Of a DNA stretch of 64,000 nucleotides, positions 13,132-25,905 are shown piece by piece; position 1 is the stretch's first letter; every line of letters begins with the position of its first letter. The notes beneath the pieces are model-generated. The model had not been told where the DNA came from and made no database searches. It worked only from the letters and a program-made list of their open reading frames with translations. Source of the stretch: Phoronis australis (Eukaryota > Animalia > Phoronida); the NCBI GenBank assembly GCA_002633005.1, contig NMRA01000183.1, forward strand, positions 14,426-78,425, given 5' to 3'. The translations under genes and the position numbers were made by a program.

Positions 13132-14990
13132 AAAAAAAAAACAGTGCAGGTGGTCTGATGTCATTTGCGGTGCATCAGACGTGCCCAGGCCTCATGGTTG
13201 GGCCCATTGCACAAGACACCTGAGCAAAGGCACGAGACCCCAATTATGGCTCCTCGTGAAGAAAGTTTTCAAGTCTGCCAGTTTCCTTTAGGAAAACGGA
13301 CAGACGTTTCCATTTGTTGCCATGCACTATATGTTGTAGGCATGTAACAATGCCATCCAGTAGGTTGCTCCTTAGCCTATAAAAAGCTGGGCAAGACTCT
13401 ACCAGGTGTTTAGGAGATTCTACGTCAGTACCACACTCGGGACACACAGGGCTCCCCATATGCCCAGTAATGTGTCTGTGTCGGGCTAGGTTGCAGTGGC
13501 CCGTCAAAATTTGAATGACGTGTCTTATACCCAATCTATCTAGACTCAGAAGGCTTTTTGAACCTTTTGGTTCAATCACGTTGGGAAAATTCTCCTTGGT
13601 TTCTCTGCAGGAGTTAAGTGATGCCCACTGGGCTGCTGACTGGGTATGTACCCAGTTGCGTATACTCATCCTGCAACATCCGTAAGATACCGGGATAGCA
13701 GGTTCAGGCACAAAATGCAGAACGCTTGCTCCTATCTTTGCGAGTCTGTCTGCATTCTCATTGCCATCAATTCCCACATGGGCCCTGACCCAGCGTATAT
13801 TGACGGTTCTTTCAATTGCAAGCTTGTTAAGCTCATTAATACAAGCATTAACACAACGAGAGTTGACCCTTAGTTTCTTTAGGGCTTTTATTGCTGCCTG
13901 GCTATCTGAAAAGATGGTAATTGGCCGATTGCCAAGTTCAGTGTTATATTGTTGTGCCAGTTGAGCAGCTCTATTAATTGCAGTGATCTCAGCCTGAAAC
14001 ACCGTGGCAAGATTGCCCAACGATACCCAGTTTTCTGCATCTGCAACAGGAAGGCTTGGAAAGTAGACCCCAGCACCTGTCTGGCCATTTTCCAGTTTAG
14101 AGCCGTCCGTATAACAAACCACCTCATTCTTGTGTTCTGCGGTAGGCCATCCATCGCCAATTTCCGTGAAGAAATTGTTTGTATGATTTAAAGTTGTGAC
14201 CTGGACATCACTAGGCATGTTCCATAGTTGCCCAGTCTTGGCCATTAGCTTATTGCAAACATTCCTGTGGCTTCTGTGTGCAACGGAGTCAGGGATGTTA
14301 GTTTTCACCCACTGACCATTATATTTGAGACGAAGTGCAGCAGATGCAGCTTCACCCTCAAGGTATATGTTCAGTGGTGGTAGACCGATTAGCATTTCTA
14401 GGGCTGCAGAAGGCGTTCCTGGAAAAGCACAGGTTATGCACAAACAAGCTAGACGTTGCAGCTGCCTAAGTTTGTTGATAATTGTAATCTGTTTTAATGC
14501 CGTAACCCATATCGACGAAGCATAGGACATTATAGGTCGGATAACAGCAGTATAAATCCAGAACATATTCTTGGGAGACATTCCACAAGTTTTACCCACC
14601 GTACGACTGCATCTCACCAATGCAGATTTGGCTTTTGAGATTTTTTCTGTATTATGCGGGGTCCTGGAAAGACGATGGTGTAAAATGACGCCTAAGTAAG
14701 TCGCCTTGTCTACAAGATGAAGATGTTTACCATTCAGCGTTAAAGGCCGCATTGACCATTTAAGCTTCCAAGTGAACATAATCACCTTTGTTTTGCTACA
14801 ACTAATTTCTAAGCCGACTGACTTAGCCCATGTGGCTGTTGTATTCAGTGCTCTTTGAGCAAGATAGCGACATGTGTCAGGATCGATGCTAGACACACTG
14901 AGAACAATATCATCTGCATAGGCTTGAACATACAAGCTTGGACCCATTTCAGTAGATAATTGTTGAAGCAAACCATCCATAACCATGTTA
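13132..14990 (-). mobile_element. 5'-truncated non-LTR retrotransposon with RNase H (LOA/I-group-like)
   Basis: Flanked by direct repeat AACATTT (13125-13131 and 14991-14997). Contains an open RT C-half, RNase H and zinc knuckle. Confidence 0.85.
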
Positions 14991-14995
14991 AACAT
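13244..14995 (-). CDS. Truncated ORF2: RT C-terminal half + RNase H + Cys/His knuckle (583 aa open)
   Basis: AYADD and YLGV (RT). YTDGS, VFQAE, FSDSQAA and WVRAHVGIDGNENAD (RNase H). CPEC..ESPKHLVESCP. The ATG lies in the TSD, so it is not a native start. Confidence 0.85.
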   Translation of the reverse strand: MFNMVMDGLLQQLSTEMGPSLYVQAYADDIVLSVSSIDPDTCRYLAQRALNTTATWAKSVGLEISCSKTKVIMFTWKLKWSMRPLTLNGKHLHLVDKATYLGVILHHRLSRTPHNTEKISKAKSALVRCSRTVGKTCGMSPKNMFWIYTAVIRPIMSYASSIWVTALKQITIINKLRQLQRLACLCITCAFPGTPSAALEMLIGLPPLNIYLEGEAASAALRLKYNGQWVKTNIPDSVAHRSHRNVCNKLMAKTGQLWNMPSDVQVTTLNHTNNFFTEIGDGWPTAEHKNEVVCYTDGSKLENGQTGAGVYFPSLPVADAENWVSLGNLATVFQAEITAINRAAQLAQQYNTELGNRPITIFSDSQAAIKALKKLRVNSRCVNACINELNKLAIERTVNIRWVRAHVGIDGNENADRLAKIGASVLHFVPEPAIPVSYGCCRMSIRNWVHTQSAAQWASLNSCRETKENFPNVIEPKGSKSLLSLDRLGIRHVIQILTGHCNLARHRHITGHMGSPVCPECGTDVESPKHLVESCPAFYRLRSNLLDGIVTCLQHIVHGNKWKRLSVFLKETGRLENFLHEEP

Positions 14996-16167
14996 TTGAA
15001 CTTAGAATTAAATTATCAGAATCATATTTTCTTCTAAACATTATCGAGAATCAAAAATGTTTTGATAAACCGTGTCAAATTCCATATATTTTGCGTCTTA
15101 TCTTTAAATTGAATATTAACTTGTTAAATGTATTTTTCGTCAATATTTTGACAATTGTCACTTTTATATTTATATCAGCCCTCAGCGTTTATTTTGCATT
15201 ACTCGTTGTATTTTTATCCTCCGGGTTTTATTTTTGTATCCATACACCTCGCTACTCGACACCTGATTGGTCACTCATCTTTCCTTTGTTTAGTATAGCT
15301 TGGTCTCGTTCATTCAGCCAAGCAAGTATATTAAGTAAAATGTTTATTTTACATTTGTATGGAACAGGTTAACAGCAAAACAGTAGCACAAGTGTTAATG
15401 GTCGATATAAAATGAGAAATTAATATGTACAAAAGAGGTAGAAGGGCTATGTACATGTACATAATGTATAAAAACATACATGACTTATCAAGCATCAAAA
15501 TACAGTATTTGACAGCGTAGGCAAAGTTGGCATTCACAAGCTTGGCGTATATGGCGACTTACCTCATTTATAAAGGTACTGATATCTTGGCAACATCGAT
15601 ACATTTTGGAAACTTGTTCCATAAAGATATCCCCTGGTGCTCAATAGAGGTAAGCCAATATGATGTAGTGGCGAACCTAACAACACACACTGTTTTTTCC
15701 TCGTACCTCATAGGGCAGATGTCTGAGAGCGAAACATTGGAGAGGGCAAGGGCTTATCTGATTCATATGCTTGAAAACAGCCTCCCCAAGACATCGCAGC
15801 CTTTGAACAAAAAGTGGAGTGGAGTTTGATTTAGACAGTAAGATGGAATAGGACGACTGGGGGTCATTGAAAACAAATTTTAAGGCCCAATCTTTTCCAC
15901 TTTCGGGTTTTCCGAACACAACAAAAGTGCCAAACAAGAGGACAATAATTAAAATGTGACCGAATAAATGCATCATCAATCTTCAACTTCGTGTCTGTGT
16001 CCAAAACATGACGCAGACGGAACAAGGCAGATACATACATGTATTTTGATGCTTTGGCACTTGTTCATGGAAGTTTAATTTAAGTAAGTGTGCAAACCCA
16101 ACAGTTTAACAGAATTCTCATACTTAATAATATTCGATCCAACATTAAGAGTTTTTTTGGAATTGCT

Positions 16168-16336
16168 GAGATCAAGAGGACGGCCCCAAGCCAGATGGAG
16201 AGATGACATCGTGAAGACGAGAGGCGCAACGTGGATGAGAGCGGCAAGAGACAGGACAAATTGGAAGGCATTGTCGGATGGCTACATCCTGCAGTGGATG
16301 GACAATTCCTAGAGTCAGAGTCAGAGTCAGGGTCAG
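16168..16336 (+). mobile_element. 3' end of an RTE-clade LINE with (AGAGTC)n tail
   Basis: RSRGRPQARWRDDIVK..WMRAARDRTNWKAL..YILQW* followed immediately by AGAGTC repeats. Confidence 0.8.
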
Positions 16337-16339
16337 TCT

Positions 16340-17440
16340 CTACTAAAAGTGACAGCTTTGACTCATAGCCTCATTTGCGCGTTTTTCAGAACAAGTTTGA
16401 CTCTATCCATAGAGTGGTTTATTGTCATCTGCGTAATTGTAAAGCTTGCACAAGCCTTCACGTATATAGAAAATATCATTTATGAAAACATTGAATAATA
16501 GAGGACCCACGATAGAACCTTGGGGCACACCCTTAGAGGCAGGGTGCCAATTGCTTTAATCACTTTCAATTTTAACTCTCATTGAGCGCTCAGACAAATA
16601 GGAGAGTAGAAAAGAACATGATTTCTGAGAACAACTATAGGCACCAAGTTTCTAACCCAGTAAGGTAGACGAATGCTTTTGATAAATCAATTAAAAGGCA
16701 GCCTCCATGAAGTCCGCGGTCCATGGCTGATCCGAGGTCCTCAGTGAGCCTCAAGAGACCATCTTCACTACTAAAACCCTTTCTAAAGGCACAGAGGTTT
16801 TTGTTGAGAATTTCGTCAAAATAAACATTTAATTGTTTATACAGAAGTCTATCAAAAACTTAATTTGCAGTGGATAAAACACTAAGAGGCCTGTAACATG
16901 CTATGTCCAATTTGTCACCTTTTTGAAAGCCGGAGTTATCTGGCTGAGCTTGAGAGAGGATGGATATGTAGACATCTTAATACAATTACTATAAATAGGG
17001 ATGAGGTGAGTGGCCAGTACGTCTGCACCAAACTTATAAAACTTGGGTAGTAGGTTGTCATATCCCGTAGCCTTGTGAGGACTCAGCCTTCTGAGCTCGT
17101 GCAAGACATCTGACTCGTTAAGAAATTCGAAGTCAAATAATAGGTTACCATGAAGGCTGGCCCTAGATTGGAAAATCTCAAAAATACTTGGGTGGTCAGA
17201 AAAACTCTCTTGGTCCTGGGCCAAGTTCGATGAACTCTGACTCAAGCAATGAGTGAAATAATTAGCAAAATTTTGGACAGTCGCAACAGGACGAGTTTTG
17301 ACCTGATGGTGTACCTCCTCACCTCCGAAACAAATGGCTTAATTATAGACCACATCGATTTTGAATTTTGATTAGAGAAACATTTTGACTGAAAGTAGTC
17401 TCAAGGATTTCCCTTTCATGTCCGTAACAGAGTTTCGGCC
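16340..17440 (-). mobile_element. Decayed CR1/L2-group LINE RT fragment
   Basis: Minus strand reads LSPHKATGYD, ITPAFKK, GVPQGSIVGPLLFNVFIND and NYADDN, with stops and frameshifts. Confidence 0.85.
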
Positions 17441-19004
17441 AAGTTTTAGTAATATTATTAGAAGATGTCAGTAATCAAAAAAGAGCTCATAATCAAGTTA
17501 AAATGATAGAAAAATATTGCATATGTAAGTTCATAAAGACACAAATACACAAAAAGACTTAGGGACCTTAGTTGAGTCCCTATTTGGGACTGTTTCATGC
17601 AACTTGCCACTGGAACCCCGATTGGCCAACCATTATAATAATGTTATGGTAAACAAGATTTATTCGTTGATGCGATCTGAATTTAGAACGCAGTAATATT
17701 GTGAGAAAAGGATGGTTAACTAATGACTGTAACTTAAAATAGAAATAATATGACAAAACACAAACAAGCCTTTTGCCAAAACCATAATGTGACAAAATAC
17801 AAACAAACAAACTTAGAAGGTGGATGTAAAACTGTCCGTGGTAAAATGCACACATACGTCCAAGATGGGTGCAAATCTGCCCACTGTGAGGAAGAAAAAC
17901 GTTATAATGAGACGCATTATGGAGTTAGGTAGAAAGTGAGTAGGAAGTTGAGACAAGCAATACTAGAATGGTGTATAGGTAGAAACAATTGTGGAGAGAG
18001 TGAAAACAAGCTATCTGAACTACACGGTTAACGGACTCATAAACACGGTCACGGACTCACAAAACACGATCCATTCACCCAAATACACGGGACACGGACT
18101 CACATTCACAAAGAAACACCGTTAACGGACCGCCAAACGCGGGTCACGGACTCATCGGCTACCTGGGTCAGCTGACATCTACATTTTGTACATAAAAGGA
18201 AGTTGAGACAAACAATATAACAAAACCAATGGACGTGTGACTAGGTTTCCTACACTGTACGCGGACACGGGAAAACAAATAGATTTTACACTTTAAGACA
18301 AAACAAAAAAATAAATTCTAATGAATTCTTTGAAATGCTTTGGACATTTTGTGTGTATTTGTTATTTACACCCAACACGTGACGCCCATAACCAGTTTCA
18401 TCTCCTCCGTCAAGCGACAGACCAAATCCAAACTCATGCGGCTGAAGAAAAATCCACACTTCTTGAAATCCCATGCTAGTCCATTTGGCTGTCCAATGTT
18501 CACATAGCAAGTTTCCCGGGACGAAAAGAGATGAAATTCTGGTGTGAGGGAAGAAACCTTACCAGCCTTTGAGTTCCACAAAACATCTCAATTGTTGCCG
18601 CCGCTCGCCTGCTCTCGATTCTACAAATGCACACCTGACGCTCTCGTTTAAATCGGCTTGCATTTCACAAATCTATAATTAAAGAAAAATTATACTCTTC
18701 AAATGGATTACAACACAGTATACTTACTAAAAATCTTCTAGCCCTCAGGAGCATGCCGCTCCCTTCTAGAGGGGATCGGACCGCTCCCGAATTAGGCTTC
18801 AGGATTTTTAGTATGTAGTTGAGCAGATTTAATAATGAACTTTCCGGGACCGATAAAGACTTGCAGTTCAAGCAACACCTAGATGTAATAACTCACGGAT
18901 ATCATCACGTCTAATCAGCGTGATTTTCTTTCTATTTGTGTGAACATGTTATGTATTAGGGGGAAAGTCAGAGCAGAGGCAATCGACCACGTTTTTGAAA
19001 CCAG

Positions 19005-19159
19005 GCGTGCGTTCAGTAACGCTCGGACCTAAGCTAGGACCTAGATAAAATCTAGCTTTTAAAAGTCGGGTGTTCTCAATTAAGATACACGGCAATGTTT
19101 CACGTAATCTCTCGAAGTCTTGGCATTTTAGCGAGGGCCTAGCGTTACTGAACGAGAGG
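19005..19159. mobile_element. Small MITE (Harbinger-like); related copy at 52421-52575
   Basis: TIR core CGTTCAGTAACGCT / AGCGTTACTGAACG. Flanks are CAG and CTG. Confidence 0.6.
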
Positions 19160-20966
19160 CTGTACACCGTAACCTCTGACACAGCGCCACCTATACTGAA
19201 AAGTTGCCCTCAATGTGGAAACATGATGAACGACACACGGAATTCGTGTGTGGGCATCAATGCGCATGCTTGGTCGGAAGTTTACCGATCACATGACCAC
19301 AACTTTCACGCGTCTTCTATGAGTTGATGTTGACGGATTTTGTATGTGATAAAATAAACACAGTCTTAGACGGAAGCCATCTTTATTCCAACTCCCTCCA
19401 CTAGCGCCACCTAACAGTTACATAACTAACTACTCAACATATGCACTGTACTTGTTTGGGCTTAAGCCACAGGATCTGGGTTTTCTTAATTTTGTTTACT
19501 TCGATCGCTGCCCGTTTTAATGAATCGCAACTAAGGTGGTCGCCATATTACGTAACAGTAAACTGAAAGCTGTCTCCTAGAATTAAAGCCTATCTTCAAC
19601 GATAACACCTGTAAATTTGGTTCCTACAGTATGTTAAGAGCATTCCTCTGAGCCCACTAGTGCCATAAATTGCCAAATGTAACGAAGTGTTAGGTGTATT
19701 GACATGCTTTTGTCTACGTCACCGCCAGAATCACCCTTTAATTCAAGGCAGATACGAATAACACCCGAACGCAATGGAGTTGATCCATTCAGACCCCCAT
19801 TCAATACAATCTTTTGTTGTTTGTGCTGGGATATCGCGGTGACGCAACATGACACGAAAAGGCAACTTCACTTATCATTTGACGGGCTTACATTTGCGTG
19901 ACTGAACTCGCGTTTTCTTATTTTACTAAGGCTTACTTTGCTAGGACTATTGATCTGGTTAGCCCAATACATCTAAACTAACAAAATTCCGTTGAAGTTA
20001 GGCTTTAAACCAACGAGAATGGCTGAATGTTATGACGTCGGCTTCATTAATTTAACCAGTGAGAAGACATGTTCACAACATTCCTCAGTGCTACCTTTTG
20101 TAGCTACCTTTCGTAGCACTATGAAAGAGTACACCGTTGATCACTATACTCAATGGGCAACACTAGGAGGCGCTTTAGTATCTGGCCTTTCGTAACCTTC
20201 CACATTCCCTTTCACCAGACAGAGTCTCTTTAAAGTGATCTGCTACTCTGCATCTAACTGACTTCTGAGTCCTCGAGAGAAGCATCTAATTGCTGTTACG
20301 TTAGGCTTGGTTGTCGTGCTTGAGCAGTTGCGGAAATATTGATCGGTTCCGTCTGCACGATTCCTTGTTTTCGTGACCACCGTCCAATAAGGAGAGGTGC
20401 GTGAAATACTGTCGCGTTCAGCAATACGGTCATTCTTTGAGCTCATTAGCTACTCATCAAACTTGGAAACTGACGGTTGAAAGACTGAGAATTTCACGGT
20501 TGCTTGTTTAAAGACGTAAGTTTTTTTTAAGTTTCAATACAAAATTGTTATGTGACAACTGTAAGAATTGAAAATAATGGCATAACCGTGTACAGCGCAT
20601 ATTGATGCATTGAACAGCAACAAGTAGATCTAAGTTGCCTGTTATATCGCAGTGCGCGCAACCAAACCAAAGTTCGACATACATCGATGCACTGTCAACC
20701 GAACACGACATCTTTGTTTACAATGTACGCCAACGTATCTGCATTCCAGGCTGTTCGCCAGCTGGCTGAAATTCCTAGTATGCAATTTACGTATTGATTA
20801 CAGAAAAACTGGAATGGTTTAGGAACATTTAAAAAGACAAATTTGTTGAACCCGCGTTGTACATCTATTGAGGCCAATGCGTTCTCATGACAAAGATTGT
20901 AAGACGTTTATTACACAGAGAAAAAATTCAATTTTGAGGACGATAAAAAAGATTACCACAGAGCCT

Positions 20967-21860
20967 CTAATCACTCCAGGGCCCGGAGTCTAACCTGATC
21001 ACTCCAGGGCCCGGAGTCTAACCTGATCACTCCAGAGCCCGGAGTCTAACTTGGTCACTCCAGAGCCCGGAGTCTAACTTGATCACTCCAGGTCCCGGAG
21101 TCTAACCTGATCACTCCAGGGCCCGGAGTCTAATCTAATCACTCCAGGGCCCTTTCTCCAATCTTTTTACTCGGAATGAAACTCGAAATTAGGTTTGGCA
21201 TTTTCTACTCTACTTTTGGGCGAACTCAAGATAAGCGTCTATTATTCTATGCTCGAGTACACAATAACTTACGTAGATAATTTTTTGCCCTTAGTTCACA
21301 GTTTGTAAACCCAATATTAAAGCAATAAGTTCGAGTTTGAACTCGAAATTTCGAGTTTTTACTCGAGTTTGTAGCACGAATATAACGGTCTTCAAGGGCA
21401 AACTTGAACTAGAAACTCCTATGCATAAACTATAATGTATTCGAGCACAGTCTGATAACCAATTATCTTAAGTTCGCACAAAAGCAGCAGAGAAATTGCC
21501 AAAAATAGTTTCGAGTTCGTTTCGAGTACAAAGATTAGAGACCGGGCCCAGGTCCGGGGGTCTAACCTGATCACCGACTCCAAGGCCTGGAATCTAATCT
21601 AATCACTCCAGGGCCCGGGGTCTAATCTAATCACTCCAGGTCCCGGAGTCTAACTTGATCACTCCAGGGCCCGGTGTCTAACCTGATCACTCCAGGGCCC
21701 GGAGTCTAAGCTGACCACTCCAGGTCCCGGCTGGAGTCTAATCTAATCACTTCAGGTCATGGAGTATATATCCTGATCAGTCTAGGGCCGGAGTCTAACT
21801 TGATGTCTCCAGAGACCGGCGTCTAACCTGATCGCTCCAGAGCCCGGACTCTAACCTGTT
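20967..21860. repeat. ~28-29 bp minisatellite interrupted by a MITE
   Basis: Unit TCACTCCAGGGCCCGGAGTCTAACCTGA repeated on both sides of 21148-21548. Confidence 0.9.
21148..21548. mobile_element. PIF/Harbinger-type MITE, copy 1 (TSD CAG)
   Basis: TIRs GGCCC..TCTCCAATCTTT / AAAGATTAGAGACCGGGCC with CAG on both sides. Highly similar to 33902-34287. Confidence 0.85.
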
Positions 21861-22245
21861 TACTCGAAATCCAATTCCAATTACATTTGTTATTTTCCAC
21901 TCAACTTTTGTACGACTCAAGACAAGTGTCTATTATTCTATGCTCGACTACATTGTCTTACGTGGATCACTTTTTAAGTCAAAGTTGGCACGTGATGGCC
22001 AAAACATTGAAGCTAAAGGTAGAGTGTGAACTCGGAATTACGAGTTTCTATTCGAAATGCGGGCTTTTTACTCTAGTTTGTAGCACGAATATATGGATCA
22101 CAAAGTAAAAGCTCGGACTAAAATCCCGTAGACGTAAACCATGATGTACTCGACCAGAGAAAAATAACTGGTTATTCAGTGTTCGCACAAAAGTAGAACG
22201 CAAAATTGGAAAAATAATTTCGAGTTTAATTCTGAGTAAAAAGAC
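21840..22245. mobile_element. Older diverged relative of the same MITE family
   Basis: Colinear similarity to 21148-21548, e.g. AAGTGTCTATTATTCTATGCTCGA, GTTTGTAGCACGAATATA, GTTCGCACAAAAG. Confidence 0.7.
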
Positions 22246-23238
22246 AGTACAATTGACATGAATTCAGATATTCATTCCTTAGATTAATTATTTGTGACGA
22301 ATTAGTTTACGCTGTAAACAACAATTTAATTTACGCAGGTACTTCACGTGCGTACCGTTCGTCCAGTGGCTTTAGTTCAAAATCATATTTTCTTCTTGTG
22401 AAGCGAAAATCAACGATCCAAGTTTTGCTTAAAATCCCATTTCCAATTTGTGAAACAAAAATTGGAAATTTAATACACGTTCGTGTCTCGCCGTTTGCGA
22501 TTTAAGTTTCAAAATCTGGTATTCAAATTCATAGTCGTTAGTGACTCTGTTGATTTTATAGGCGGTCGGCGTTTGAAAATGTACTGCTCCCTGTCACATG
22601 GATATTAATTAGCATCACTGAGGTCTACATGTACTTGTACAGTAGGTAGAGTGAGTAAACCGATTGTTACATTGCGCTCTATGCCATACCAGTAGCCTGC
22701 ATCTGAAGCCGATGGAAGCGGACAAAACTCGGCCGGACTGTAAGGATGGTGTCAATCGTTGGTGTACATAACTACCCTCGTCACCATTCTTTACACGCCG
22801 TTAGGGTGCGTTTTTATTATGCATTGGCCAATCACTGGAAACGAGCAAAAAAGGAAAACAAATTCACCAATTTTTGCGGATGTGGTTAGTGGCAGTGTTC
22901 AAAGTGCTACACTCATTTCAATGTTGCCTTCACATACAAGGTTATTTTTACGAGTCTACGGATCGCCAAATCGTAAATAATCCTTAAATAACTTGTCAAA
23001 ACGCAGCAACTCGTAAAAACTCGTACCTTAGCGATTGGAGATCGCCATTGGATGGATTTGTTACTGTGCGCGTACCAGCGCAGTCTTGTTATTCTTGATG
23101 TTTATCTTTTTTCTTTTCTTTCTTATTATTGTACTTTGCGACCTTTTCTAGAGCTTAATAACTCTCAAACGTCTCAACATTCCAAGTAGATCTGAACCAT
23201 CCATAAATTTTGTGAAATATACTTTTGACACATAATGT

Positions 23239-25240
23239 ACCGGAAGTGGTCAAGAACTGCAAAGGTCATCTAATTTCCAAACCGTTATTTCTCCTACATT
23301 TTTCAATGAATTCTTTTCAATTTCAGTGTACAGGTGTATGTCTCTATGCCAACCGAATGCAGCAATCGGGCCATCCAATGAAAATAGGTCATTGAGTGCA
23401 AACTAAAATTTTGAGCTAGACACCTCAAATTCGCAAATCTGATTAATACATATAACTGGACTCTAGTTCCAAAGATTTGAGTCATTTGGTGCAACCATGG
23501 TGTCGCTAGGTGAATTTTTCTTCCGAAATTTTGAGCTTTTCATTCAACACGCAAAGATGTATTCTGATGTCGACAGTTAGACAACTCTAATTCTCAGCAG
23601 TAAACATACTTATTCGTATGTGACAACTACAATTCTGTGGTTCTCAGAGTAAAGGACACTTTTTAAGGACATTGCAATAATTCTACTACAAAGGCATACA
23701 ATCCACCGGAAGGGGTCAGTTAGTGCAAACGTCATCTGATTTTCAAAATGTTATTTCTCCTACATTTTTTAATGAATTCTTTTCAATTTCACTGTACAGG
23801 AGTAAGGTTACATGTCAATAAAATGCTGTACTTTTCTAAGCAATCAATTTATCCAATCAGATTAAATAGATCAAAGGTCATTGAGTGCAAACTTTAAGCC
23901 AAACACTTTAAATACACATATCTGATTGGAACATGTAATTGACTTCTAATTCCAAAGTTTCAACTCATTTGGTGCAATCATAGGGTCATTAGATGCATTT
24001 TTCTTCTTACATTTTGTCGTATTCATTCAACACGTATTCTCATATGTAAACAGACTGACAACACCGATTTTCAGCAGTAAATGCACGTTTTACGGATTTA
24101 CAATAATTTGCTTACATGCCAATCAAAACCTCACCTTTCTAAGCAATCACATAAAGAGGTCAAAGGTCAGTGAGTGCAAACTTGAATTTTCAGCTTAACA
24201 CTGCAAATTCGTATATCTGATGGGTACAGGCAAATTGAGTTCAAAATCCAAAATTTCAGATCATTTGGTGTAACTATGGGGTCATTAGGTGCATTTTTTC
24301 TTCTGAAATTTTGTCTTTTTCATTCAACGTATACTCTGATGTATCAACAGTTAACTTCGATTGGCAGCCCTTATCACACTTATCACAGACTTTAAGTTTA
24401 CTAAAAGGCATATAGTGCACCGGAAAGGGTCGACAGGTGCAAACGTCATCAAATTTTCAAGACGCTATTTCTCCTACTCTACGTTTTCAAGGAATTCTTT
24501 CCAATTTCAATGTACTGATGCAAGTCTACATGTACATGCCAATCGGGACATCCAATCAGATATATTAGGTCAAATATCATTTAGTTGGAAATTAAATTTT
24601 GAACTAGACACTTCAAATTCACATATCTCATTGGCACATATAATTGAGTTCTAGTTCTGAAGATTCAGGTCATTTGGTGAAGTCAACATTCATTACGTGC
24701 ATTGCTTTTTGTGAAATTTTGACGTATTCATTAAGCTCGTTTTCTGCTGTATCAACAGTTATTAGCAGCATTAATTACCCTTTACACATTCTTTACAGTA
24801 ATTCTACCAAAAGGGCTAAAAATGCTCCGAGAAGGGTCAATTGGTGCAAAAGTGATTTAAATTTCCAAATTGCTATTGATCCTACATTTTTCAAGCAATG
24901 TCCTTCAGGTTCAACACACAGGTGTAATCGTATATGTCAATAAAATTCCATAATTTTCTTAGTAACCAGACCATCCAATCAGGTAAAAAAAGGTCAAAGG
25001 TCATTGAGTGCAGACTTCAATTTTGATAAAATAATTTAAATTTACACACGTGATTGATACAGTTGAATTGCAATTCCAAAGTGTCAGGTCATTTGGTGCA
25101 ATCATGGGGTTCATTAAGTGCATTTTCCTTCTGAAAACTTGACCTTTTCATTCAACATGCATTCTGACGTGTCAACACTAAGACACTGTGATTCTCAGCA
25201 TTAAGATCACCTTTATGGAGTTGACATTTATTTCACTACT
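23239..25240. repeat. Diverged tandem array of ~300-470 bp units (about 5 units), possibly inside a Helentron/HINE-like element
   Basis: Recurring blocks CCGGAAG.GGTC..TGCAAA.GTCATC..ATTTCTCCTAC (23239, 23705, 24420, 24826), AAAGGTCATTGAGTGCAAACT and TCATTTGGTGCAA. Confidence 0.7.
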
Positions 25241-25905
25241 GAGGATCGTGATGCACTAGATATTGCCAATTATTTCAATGGCTATCAAATTTCATTCAAC
25301 GTGTACTCTTTTTATACTATTTCTATTCTGGTGTCATTCAGCATTATCCACACTTGTATTTTCTTACATAGTTCTGTTACGGTGCACAACGGACTCAACA
25401 ACAATGAAAATGGCCACCAGGTAGAGTATTATAAATCGATCTCTTCAAAAATCTTTTTGTTTACCGAATTTCAGGAAAATCCGATAAGGAAATCTAATAC
25501 AGAGGCAAAGGTAAAAATCTAAAATGTCCACTAGGAGGCACGCAGGTAGTAAAATCCATCCGACAATTCGCTCAAGCCATTATATATGAAGGGAAAATAG
25601 TATATCGAGGGGCTTCATTCGAGATACAGCAGCGGACGTCGGACGAACGGAAGCGGATGATGGCAAAGTGCGCGTGCATATAAATACGTGGGTGCATAAA
25701 AATTTATAAAGATGTCATTTTTGTTATTAGTTTACTATACTTCTATTCTGCCTATAAAGATCGAGTCTGGTTAGAGTGTTATATGTGATGTGTAACCCAG
25801 TGCTCTTTTCAGATTCTTTTGCGTTTCTTTAAGTTATTTGAAACCATTCTAAAGTACTATTTCTTTCCCCCACTTAAGGTTGTAAGTGTCTGTCGTCCAT
25901 CAACC

